Of a stretch of 64,000 nt of DNA, positions 1 to 12,300 are shown one piece after another; the stretch's first letter is position 1; each line of letters starts with the position of its first letter. Origin of the DNA: a virus. The stretch lies in the IMG/VR virus record IMGVR_UViG_3300030099_006533. One strand, given 5' to 3'. The notes below the pieces were generated by a model. The model did no database searches. It was not told the origin of the DNA and saw only the letters and a list, made by a program, of their open reading frames with translations. A program made the position numbers and the translations under genes.

Positions 1-1
1 G

Positions 2-346
2 AAATATCATCGCACAGATGAAGACAGGATCCGCCTGTATGCTCGTGAAAAAGATTGGAGCCCAACTATTTATACAAGGGCAAACAATACTATTGAAAAC
101 ACAATTATTCATAGCGCATCGTACCGTATCACAAGGGACGCGGATGACTTTGAAATCATTCCATTTGGAACAGGCTCTGACATGCACACGCTAATGTCAC
201 ATGATGTATCTGGAAACTATTGCGACATCGATTTCAGAATGTTAGAAGCAGGCTTCTCATATACTCTAGATTTTAGTTTCTATGATCAAGCGATATCAGC
301 CTGGGTAGTCCAGCCAAATAAGTTTAGGTTTAGAATTGAAGAATAG
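2..346 (+). CDS. 5'-truncated ORF, probable baseplate-module structural protein (C-terminal 114 aa)
   Basis: Frame 2 is open from base 2 to TAG 344-346 (KYHRTDEDRIRLYAREKDWSPTIY...NKFRFRIEE). It lies directly upstream of the giant structural gene. Not in the track because it has no start codon in the window. Confidence 0.75.
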   Translation, partial: KYHRTDEDRIRLYAREKDWSPTIYTRANNTIENTIIHSASYRITRDADDFEIIPFGTGSDMHTLMSHDVSGNYCDIDFRMLEAGFSYTLDFSFYDQAISAWVVQPNKFRFRIEE

Positions 347-357
347 AGAGTAGTTTT

Positions 358-3300
358 ATGGGAATCAAAGATTTATTTGAGAAGCCACAACAAATACTAA
401 CATCAGAAGATGCAGAGAATATCACCAAAGATAAGGTGGAATCTATTGAGTATCTGGATGCAGCCCTCCGCGACAAAGAGAGATTCGAACCGTTTATCAA
501 CTATGAGTCCGCTTCTAACTTTGCATATTTTGGCTCCGCTGAAAAGTATTACGATGATGCTATTAAAGCAATTTATCGTGAGTATCCGTATGATGGCTCT
601 GACCACGAGATCAAAGAATACACTCTTCGTTTAAATTATCTAACAAAGCACGTTTTAGACAATCAGTATCCTCGTACAAACGGGTATGTCACCCTTGGTA
701 AATCTGCAACTTACACAGGTGCAATCTCTGGCTCTTATGGCCCAGTAAGTTCAAACGAGTATATTCAAGTTTTTGGTGGCCCACAAACTGGAAGCCATAT
801 TCAATATGATATTTTATCATCAACGGGTCAGCCGATACATAGCGTCTTTGATTATGCCAACAAACTACAGACAGACCCCTATGCGTTAACTGGCTTGAAT
901 CAAGGAACAAATCCTGGCTCACGGCTATCAAACTTAAGACTGTCTCCTACCAACGGTGTAACAGTTGAATTTTGGTTGAACAAAGCTGCTTCTAACGCTA
1001 GCAATACCAAGCGCGAGGTTGTGTTCGATCTTTGGAATGGAAAGTCTCAAGATGATGATTCATACGGCCGCCTGCTCATTGAGCTAACATCCTCAGCCAC
1101 AGACCCAGTTCGCGTAACGCTAATTTCCGGCTCCACCTCAGTATCAGACTTGGCAGTTGCCCCGGCTGGCTGGGCATCATCTAATGTTGTAGGAAATGGC
1201 TGGAATCATTATGCACTAAGTTTAGAGTCTTCTGGTACTACAACCACGTTCAGATTCTATCAGAATGGCGACTTATTACGCACACAAGATCAAACGACTG
1301 CTGACGCTTTAACAGAGGTTACCGGCGGCTTACGAGCCAACCTAGGCGCTCTACAGACGGGAACTACCCTCGGTGGTAACTTGGGTTATGGTCTGCTAAG
1401 TGGCTCTCTTGACGAGTTTAGGTACTGGACTACCAAAAGAACATCTGAACAAATCGGCCGCAATTGGTTTACCCAAGTTCGCGGCGGCACCAATAATGAG
1501 CCATACAATACTGGCCTAGGCGTCTATTTTAAATTTAACGAAGGCATCGTAGAAGATGACGACACTGACAAACGCATCCTTGACTACTCAGGTCGCATTT
1601 CAAATGGTACTTGGGTTGGGTACCCCGGAAGTACTTCAAGAAACACCGGCTCAGCGATTGTGGAATCTTTAGCGGCTCCTAGTGAGTATAAAGATCCTAT
1701 TATTTACAAGGATCACCCGACTGTTGTTTCGCTAACAACAGAGTTAAAAGCCTCCGGCTCAGCATGGGATGATAACAACAATGCTTACTTCTTAAATTCT
1801 ATTCCCGAGTTTATTAGGGAAATGGATGAAACTAGCCCTGGTGACGGCTCGCTAACAAACGTCACGCAGTTAATGGGAAGCTATTTTGATACAATTCACC
1901 ATCTTATTGGCGCCCTTCCAAAGCTCCGCGCAACTTCGTATCTAACGGCCTCAGCAAAGCCATACCCATTCGCCACTCACCTACTAGAAAGTGTTGGCAT
2001 GAACGCGCCTCACATGTTTGTACAGGCAAATGTTCTAGAATCCATTTCTGCGAGAGATGAAGATAGGAACTATACTAGGGACATTACTGAAGTTAAAAAC
2101 CTTATTTACCAAAACATCTACAACAACTTGACATACATTTACAAGTCGAAGGGTACTGAAAAATCAATCAGAAACATTATTAGATGTTTTGGCGTAGACG
2201 AAGAGTTGGTCAGACTAAACCTGTACTCCACAAACACAACGTACGAACTAAAGCAAAACACCAGAACAAAGAGTACACGCCGAAAGTTTGTTACCTTCAA
2301 CGATCCCGATAAGTTTGATACAAACGTATACCAGTTTGCAGACCCTAACAATGCTAATTCTGTAGGCTACATTACTGGTTCTGGTGTAACGACAGTGACG
2401 GCAAGTCTAGGCCACGAAGAACTGCTTGGAATGACAGCAGAAGCAGACTTTATTTTCCCAGAAAAGCTAACAATTAAGGATGTTGGCTACTTTCCAACGC
2501 CTTTTACTAAGTCTTCGCTGTTTGGAATGCATTCCGCCAATGGTGATTCTCTAACAGTACCATCCCCGGATTACTCTAACTTCCAAGTTTTGGCCATTCG
2601 CCCTTCTGAGGAGTCGCAACACGTCTACTTTATGTTGACCTCTTCAGCCGGAATGCTGCCTGAATTGACTTCGTCTATTTACTTAGAAACGTATTCTAAC
2701 AAGCGCTGGAGTTTGTCTGTAAGGGTTGCGCCGACAATTCCAGTCACTAACATCACGACAGGCTCCAATATTAGCCCAACCTATGATGTACATTTTTATG
2801 GTGTGAATATTGAGGGTGGAATTGTAGAAAACGAGTTTCATGTTAGCGGAACAGTAGAGGGCCATGTCGGCCGAAACTTCCTTCGTTCTAGCAAGCGTCT
2901 ATATGTTGGAGCGGATAGACAAAATTATACAGGCACAACCATAACAAACTCAGACGTAAAAGCATCGTCAGTTAAATACTGGGCTTCGTTTTTAGAGAAT
3001 GAGGACTTGATTTCTCATGCTAAAGATCCCGAAAACTACGGTATTACTGACCCTTATAAGAGTTTGAACCTTTATACTAAGGAGATGGGCGGAATCTACG
3101 TCCCTAAGATCGATACTCTTGCCCTAAATTGGACGTTTGATAATGTGGTTTCAGCCAGTTCTGATCCAGCAGATCCATCAACTAGTGACTCATTCTTTTT
3201 TGTTGATGATTATTCCTCTGGCTCCTCCGACATTGTAAGCGAAAACAGATATGGTTGGTTAACCCCTATTATTATGAATCAGCACAGTGGTAAGGGAGAC

Positions 3301-6300
3301 AGCTTTTTGCCTCCTGAATCTGGAGACGTCCCGCCGATAGACGTTGAATATATCTCAACAGCCCGACAAACCGGCCCAGAAGTGCTAAATACAAGCGATG
3401 CGGTTCAGATTTTAACTCAAGACGACGACAAGTTTACGAGAGAACACAGTATCATTCAGCATTATTATGCGATTGAAAAGAGTATGTATCAGACAATCTC
3501 TGAAGAAATGCTTAATATGTTTGCATCTGTTGTTGATTTTAATAACCTGATCGGAGATCCGGTCAATAGATATCGTCAAGAATACAAAGACTTGGGTAAG
3601 CTAAGACAGCTTTTCTATGAAAGAATTGGAAATACTCCTGATTTAGACCGCTATATCGAGTTCTATAAATGGATTGACTCGGCAGTCACAACTGTGATTC
3701 AACAGCTTATTCCTGCCTCGGCCGAGGTATCAGAAGAGTTGCACAATATGGTCGAATCCCATGTGTTGGAGCGCAACAAGTACTGGACTAAGTTCCCAAC
3801 AATTGAGTTTAAGCAGAGCGATCCAGAAGCTGGCTTGCGTGGCGTTACAGAGCTTACATACGATTGGAAACATGGCCACCATCCTGTTGTTGGAGATCAA
3901 TCTGATAACGCTGTATATTGGAAAGAACGTGCCGAACGTACTGGCGCGGGCAACCTGCCCTTAGAAGGAGACGCTTCAGAAGAGGTAAACTCCGATAAAG
4001 AAGAGATTCGTAAGGCCCTAGTTACACACCGAAGCCCAGATCAAAACTCACTGGCAAAACCAGACGGCACAACATATTCTGGCCGCACATACGCGCTCAG
4101 AAGGTTTACTAAACCATACAGGTTCCAAATAGATGAAGTGCCTGAATACCGCTCTGGCACTAATTTGGCTCGTAACAATCGCGCTGACGTAGCAAAAGCC
4201 GCTCTTGAAGTCGGCGGCCCATCAACGGTCTCATCTTCTTTTGTTTTGTTGGGCAACAACATGCCTGATATTCCAACAAATGTTATCGTTGTAGATGGCA
4301 GAGAGATTAAAGAATTCAAAGATGTTAACGATAATGATGCTCTTAATACTAAAAAGATTTACAAGGGCGAAGCGATCTACGGTAAAGCACAAACATACGA
4401 CCAATTGTATGATAACACATATGCAGTAACTACGATTGCCAAGGCTGTTCCCGCCCGTATTCTTTCAAGTTCTGTCGACAGCGGATTCAACGCTGAATGG
4501 ATCGGAACTGAAGGCCTGGGTTCTACAAGGGGTGGCTTCTTGACCGGCTCTACGATTACAAACATTCATCATGATACCTATGGCCGTGATCAAGAGGCGC
4601 CACTTCAAGGGCCATTCACTAACAAGTATGTCGGTGGTAAGCAGTCTCGACACGTCAGGCTGAACCCGGGTACTGACAGCTTTGCAAACCGACCTGAAGA
4701 GTGGAGAATCTTGATTGGTAAAGCGGGCAACCCTACGCCTCTCACTGGCGCATTTGGTTTTGTAGCACAAGACTATCCTTTCCCTGACATTGGCCGCGAT
4801 CCTGTCGCTGCTACTGGAGTGGTTGCTTTTGCTAATTCCCCTGCGCCCGCCGATGGAGACACTATTACAATTAGTGACGGTGTTAACGCTACAATTTTTG
4901 AATTTGATACAAACGGAAGCGTCACAGCAGGACGAACAGCTGTCGATATTTCAAGCGCCAGCAATGCCGATCAACGCGCCATAGCTCTGCGAGATGCCGT
5001 AAACTCGGTATCAGGCTTGTATGTAAACGCCAGCACCGATGGTGTAAATGTAAACCTTGAAAACACAAGATATGGTGCCCCTGGCTCTATTGGTAATGCA
5101 ATCCTAGGAACAGTAGGTAATGTGGCCATTACAACTTCACTTACCGGTGTTCCGCTAACAGTTACTGGCATGTCTGGTGGTAAAGATCCGATCATCCTAA
5201 ACTACCATGCACCAAAAGCAACAAGGTACAGAGAAGAACTTGTTAAGCGCCCGGTCAACATTAAGAATATTCTACAGACGACTGCTTCGGTTGACACAGT
5301 TATTTCAGACGCTCGCGATCATGGCCCAATTGGAAACTACAGACGCAACTACGAAATTGTTCAAACCTCTCCAAGATCTGTAAACAACTTGTATTTGAGA
5401 GAGCCCGATCAAGCAGTACTAACCAAGTCAGAAATTGACATGATTCGCCCACGTAAGCCAATGATGGATGAAGGCCGCGAATGGGTTCGTGATTACGATA
5501 CATCAGGTATACAGGATGCAACTCTTCCAACTCGTACAACTAACGAAACAGTAATCGTTACTAGGTTCAGCGCCCCCGGTGGCTTTGAATCTATTTCACG
5601 CGGCTATTTGGATCCTGCTCACGAAGAAATGTCCCCAAATGACGTCATCACTTTTAGAAACAGGCTTGTTCGTGGAGAACACCAATACATTGCAACATCT
5701 GCTTCAATTGCCACATCAAGCCTGATGACAAATGCCGAGTTTTCTGGTACGCTGTTCCAAACCGGCGCCGTTGGCAGTATTTACCGTGTTAGTGATATTC
5801 ATGGTGAACCATGGGGCCTTCGTACTCACTTGACACGCTGGACAAGCCGCTTTGGCCGCGACTCGGCACGACATTACGACATTGATAGTTTTTCAATTCA
5901 GCCAGGCCAGCTTCTAGAGGAACATCCTGGGTTTCACAAGGTACACAGAAATCGCACCCGACAAAATAGTTTTATAACTGATAGAACAGAGACAGTGACG
6001 ACTACCACAACAGGTGTTCGTAGTGCCACCGGAATTACATTCCGACCTGGGTCAGCAGGCACCAGTGGTGATACGTTTAAATTGCAAAACCCCAACATAA
6101 GCAATATGGGTACTACAAAATTTACAGTTGCAACGTGGGTTACCTTTAATCAAGAGCAACCCAATGAAGCCGCACTGTTCTCGCTAGGCGATACTCATCA
6201 GAAGTCAATAGCTTCTAATAGGCCTGTTTTTCTTGTAACGGTTGATGCCAATGAAAAAATCAATCTTAAAGTATTCAATAATACCACAACAAAGCATAAG

Positions 6301-9300
6301 CACTGGCAAACGGCGCCGAATGCAATTACAGCTTCTCAATTACACAATATTATTGTAAGTTATGATGGTACAGATGCGAGCAATGTTCCACTACTTTATG
6401 TCGATAACCATGAACAAACTCTGTCTACATCTCATGTCAGCCCCGCAGCCACGATGAATCAAATTTCTAACGGTAGTTATATAAATGTTGGCGCCGGAAA
6501 CGTAGGAGGAACATGGGGAACTATTAAAGACACAACAATCCATGAAATGGCTATGTGGAAAGAAGCTCTTGGTTCCGTTGAATTTAGGCAAATTTATGCA
6601 AGAGGACAGATGCCAAACCTTACAGAATCAAATGGAGCACACCCGTTAGATGGCACTACATTTAGTTCAAAGGTTACAGACCATCTTGTATCATGGTGGC
6701 GCATGGGCGATCACACGTCGGATCCGGCTAACGACGCCGCGCTACACGTTTCTGGTGCGTTAGTAAAAGACGTACTGGCAAACAACCACCTTGGCTCAAT
6801 GGGCTCTGTAACCGAGATTACGCGGTCAACATACGCCTCAGTTAATATCGCTGCAGCTTCAAACGCGGTGTATACTTATGGTGATAATTACCAGTTTCAT
6901 GATGAGAGCAAGTACGACAACTACTATATTCAGCATACTCTTCCAAGAAACCACACAAATTATTCATGGATTCGCAAATCTGTAGCGCCAAGTTATTATT
7001 CGAAAGGCTTCCCAACTGCCTCAAACTCAATTCCGTTTATTACGGCAAGCGATTATCACTCTGTGCTTGAGCCGGAAGGCCACGGCGAACGTGAGTTTGG
7101 TGTAGCAAAAGATGGAGTTAGCAGCAGACTAGCGGCAAGAGACCAGGGTTCAATTTTATTTACAGACTTTGCGGGAATGAACAGCCATGTGGTAGAGCCG
7201 TCCGACGCGGCAGACAATGTATTAGGCCACGCTGCAGGCACCGACTTGGCCCCAAGCAACCCTGGGACTGAGTACGAAACATCAACTTATATAAATAGCA
7301 CGTTCTTATCGAAGCCGCTCGACAATACTCCAACAACCAGCAGCGCGCCATTGGTGTTCAACGCTCTGATTCTTCACAGACAAGGTCCTTATGGTTGGCC
7401 CACATGGAAGCAGATTCGCGGCGCCACCCACCCACTCGTAAGATACCAATCGCGACGTACAAATAGCTGGACTTACATTCGACCAGATGCTCCTGAGCTT
7501 GCGATCAGTTCTTCTACTGGATTGCGAACAATTAGGCCACGACATGGTTTACTCCACCGTGTTAATCGTGTTACGCCACTAACTACAAAGTTCTTCCCAT
7601 TGCGATCAAGTGTCTCTGTTTCAACTCCAATTAATAATAAGTTTGGTAAGACAATCGTTCGCTCGCTACCTGTTGATATTTTAACTCCTTTTGGTAACGA
7701 AATGAACTACTTCAACATTAAGAAGATTGATAAAGATTTCAATCTCTTCAAGACGACGCCAGCCGTATACGAAGAAGTTAAAGGTATGTACACCCGGGGC
7801 GCCCTAGAGACGTCAATTTCTCCTGTAACTGAGATTAAAAAGTTTGAATATTCTGAGATTATTTACCCATCTGAAGAAAACATGTACTTGAACGAGGTAC
7901 GTCAAAAAGCTGATTATCAAAATAATTTCTGGATTGGTGGACAGCAAAATCGACTTGACAGAGCTGGGCCAACGATTCATGGTAGAACAACATACGGAAA
8001 GCTAGCTCAATGGGCTTCTGATGAGTCTGCTGCTAGTATTTGGCCATTAGACACCTCTACGGGCTCAATGAACAATCTTGTCGATGATAGTAAATCTATT
8101 ACTAATCAGAGATTCTATCTTCGTTGGGGTCATGTTGATGAGCAGAGTCGACTTTTCGGAGCAGGCGAAGGTGAGCTTGTTAATAGATGGAGCTATCCGC
8201 TAAAGTGGTCAGGAGGCAAGTTTACACATTCTAGTGGATCTGTCTCTGCGAGTACCGCTCGTCTACAGCCCGAAGCGGGGCCACAATATGCTATGCCACA
8301 AATGCTTCATGCAACTTCATCAATTAGTTCCCCAACACAGCCGCCACTTGTAACATCATCTGGTTCTCGCGGCCAAGAAATTTTAGGTATTAGAGTAACA
8401 GAAGATCCTAATCTATATCCTGATGGCCCACACTTCTCAGATGCTAATACCGCTAATCCGTCTACTCCGCTTCCGCTCAGCGATGAACGTAACTGGCTTG
8501 GATATATTCCTATCTTTGCAACGCAAACAGCCTGGGATGCACCAACGCTAGCAGGAAAGGTTGAAGAGCGAAACTTACTTAACACAACAAGAGCACTCGC
8601 CGCAAATGTACAAACAGTTAAATTTGTTTCACAATCATCTACTCCGTGGCAAAGTGATTATGATGAATTTAAGAAAGACGTAAGGACAAAAGCAAAAGAT
8701 TATACAGTTGTTCCTGAATTTAGAATTGAAGACCACTTAAAAGATTACATCCTTAATAAAGGAAGCGACTTCTTGGCGGAACAGAACTCACTCTTTAGAA
8801 TGGTCGGTATGCCGTCAGGCTCAGACGCTCAAGCCGCGAACAGCGCCGAACAAAACTTCTTTAAGGTTTACGGTACAACTGATTTCTTGAAGCATTTTGA
8901 GGTCTTAAAAAATGATCTCGAAGAGCACTACGAGCCGTCAGCATTAACACTGCAGTGCAACGCATATTTGAAATTTAATCCATACGATGGGTTTTATCCT
9001 GCAACGCGAACACTACAACTTGCCGCGGCCCTTTCCGCTTCATACGGGCAGCACATTAAGTATTCAGGCCCAGGTCTACTAGATCCAAATGGGGACCGAA
9101 GCACCAACTTCGATGAGCCAATTTATGGTGAAACTGCTGGAGTAAATACGGATCTTGCATTTAGAAACTTTATCACGCCACTGTTCGCTCCGGGTATCAT
9201 GTTTAATACAATCAAGTCTGGTATTGCGTGTGACTGGCCAGTAATGCTAACCGGCTCAAAGATTTATAAAGTAAGATGCGGAGCCTCGGATTACTGGGGC

Positions 9301-12300
9301 CTCGGCATGCCAAATCCTGAGCTTGACCAAGAACTACATAATTACCTTGATGATGTATACAGTGCATCTGCGCCCAAGGTAACATTATCAAAAAGACCAC
9401 TCTCTACTGTTGAGAGTATTGTCCCATTAAAGAATGGCCGCTTCAAATTAAAAGAAGATTATAGAAAACTTGCAATTCAACAAGCAATGACGCCTGCATC
9501 CGCGTCTGTTGGTGGCATTTCAAATGGCCTAGCATATTCTGGTGTGTTTGATCCAACCGGGTCTTTCCCGGGATATAAGCCCGGCTATTACACAGTAAAG
9601 GCAGATCTGAAGGATTTGCCCGGCTTGAAAGAATCAACAGCTACCTTTACCACCAACGCAGACGCCGATGGTATAATTACTGCTATTTTTATTTCAACAG
9701 TAGTAGAGCCTGCGGTTAATGTTGGCCGTTGGGATAAGAGAATCCCATTCGAAGCAATTATTAGTCCTGAAAATTATCTTAAAGATATTAAATTATACGA
9801 TTATACTGCTCATCCGTCAGCGTCTCTTGATGTAACTGCTTCTTGGGACGGTACTGGGGATGACATCTACTCATTGATGACAAATAACTTCCTAGCTTCA
9901 GTTCCCGACTTTTTCTTGAGAAACGGAAGCTTTACCTCAATTGCCTCCAGACCTCAAGACGAACTAAACCTATATGCAAATGCTGGCGATGTATATGGAA
10001 TGAGAATTAAAATGTATCGCTCACTAAACCGCCAGAGAGACTATTCTGCCGAACGAGTTGCTGCACTACGCGCCCTGCCATATGATGTGCCACAAGACCC
10101 GCAAGATGATATTGGGCTACACGAAACTTTTACAATGTACTCTCGCTCTTCAGCATTTGGATATCCGGTTCTTGGACGCACGCATACGATAAGAAATAAA
10201 ACAAGTGGTGACGCCGGCCACGTTAACAACGTTAATACGAATTCTCCCACCAATACTACCTATCCTTTTGCTATTGCTAGACAGCTCACTGCTTCATATG
10301 GCATGAATATCTCGGAAGAATATATCAACCTTGTAGGCGGCCAATATAGCACTTATGGTACCGATGAGTGTCCGCGTGTCCTCTTTGGCACAGGAAGTTT
10401 TAGGAGTACTGCTTCTGGTACGCTTGATAGTCTACAGGGGTACAACTGGTCATATACTCCCCCTTATATGCACGGCGAAGCGTGGTGTGACATTATTTTT
10501 AAACCGACAGTTTCAAAAACGTATTCTTTGGGTGAGATCTTAGACTCTGTAACAGTTGTACAAAGAAGAGTAGACCCTGGATTCCAGCATGTTACCGCTT
10601 CAACAGGTAACAAGTCTCCACAATTTATTCCAAATGGGTATCATAGCTCATCGTTGTATTCAGCAGAGAATATTAATGCGAACGCCATGCAGCTTGATTC
10701 ATGCTTAAACTTGCGCGGCCTAGGCAAAGTTAAGGCCTTTGCATATAGCAATGTCGGAGCCACGGGCCGCGCTCAAGTAGCTTCCGTTAAAAGAACGGTA
10801 GGTGATTCACCCGCATGGATCATCCAGCCTAAGTTTGAAACACCAATGTTGAACTTTAGTCCACTAACAGCAGACAAGGGGGGTACTGCGCCACGCCCGA
10901 TTACGGATGACCTACTCACACTTCCAGTTTATGGATCGGGAACTGTGGCTAGAGGAATGTGGCATCAATTCGGCACAATTCCAAACAAAAACGAAGGCGT
11001 ATGGCTTGAAGTTGGAGACATTCCAAAATCATGGCTTGAAAACCATCCCTCTGTTGAACAAGGGGCAGACTATGCACCGTTTAACGCTACAGGCTCCTTC
11101 GATCTTCACAGATACAGAAGACTCGATACTGGCGAAAGAATGAAATCGCTAGCTGGTTTTGTGGGAATGGACACGACACCCAAGCGCCTAGGAAACCTAA
11201 GAGATAAAATTACAGTCAGCGAAGCTGTTGTTGCCGTTCCGTTTATTGAAAAGAACAACCAAAGACACTTTTTCAAGATTGACCCTCATATGGTTGATAT
11301 TATTTTGGGCGAAGAGACATACAGAAGATCCGACCAGAGTGATGAGCCTGGAGATACTTTGCGAACACTAGTGCGACAAATGGACAAGTATGTGTTCCCT
11401 CCTGTTTTTGACTTTGTTAAGAATCGCAATCTGGTACAGCCAGTAGCAATGTATGTGTTTGAGTTTAACATGACATTTGATAAGAATGATTTGTCCTACA
11501 TTTGGCAAAACTTGATGCCACCCAGCGCTGAAAAGTTTACTACATCTACCTCTACTATTACTCACAACCTGTTAATTAACGAGCTAATGGGTTATTCTAA
11601 CAAAAAGACTGGTAAGCCTTTGAGTGACAAGGTTAAGTGGATGGTATTTAAGGTCAAGCAGCGCTCAAGTACAAATTACTACGATAAGGTCATAGCGTCA
11701 ACCCCAGAACTAGACAGGCTAGATAAGATCTCCAGAAGTAGACAGGTAACCTTGGGTTCCAACTCTGATGCTAAGTACGGATTTAACTGGCCTTATGACC
11801 ACTTTTCCATTGTAGAGATGGCACAGATTAAAGCGTCTGTAGAATTCAGTGCCTTGCCTCAAAACATTCCAACAATCTTGAAGGTTGGAGACGCCGGAAG
11901 TCGTCCCACGAAGCAAGGGCAATATGTGAAGCCGCCAATCCCTGGTCAAGGCGTGCTTGGCTCTACAAACCCTCGACTTGGCTCCTCTGGAGGCTCAACT
12001 CCCTCCTCTGGTCCATCCATCTCCGGTGTTGAGGTCACCCCGGGCCCCCTTCAGCCTCCCGACTTTCCTAGCGCCGACAGGTCTGGATTGATGCTGGACC
12101 CTAGTCGCACACCCGGGTTCGCGCCCAGCCCGGCCGAACGCCTTCTTGACCCATCGCTTCAAGAAGTAACTGGCATTACCAATGAGGAGATTCTGTACGA
12201 CATGGACAGATATTCTTCTGGGCCGCTAGCAGGCGTTGATGTAACTGCCGGCCCATTTGTGCAACCGGCCGATGATGGAACTACACCGGAAATTCTAATT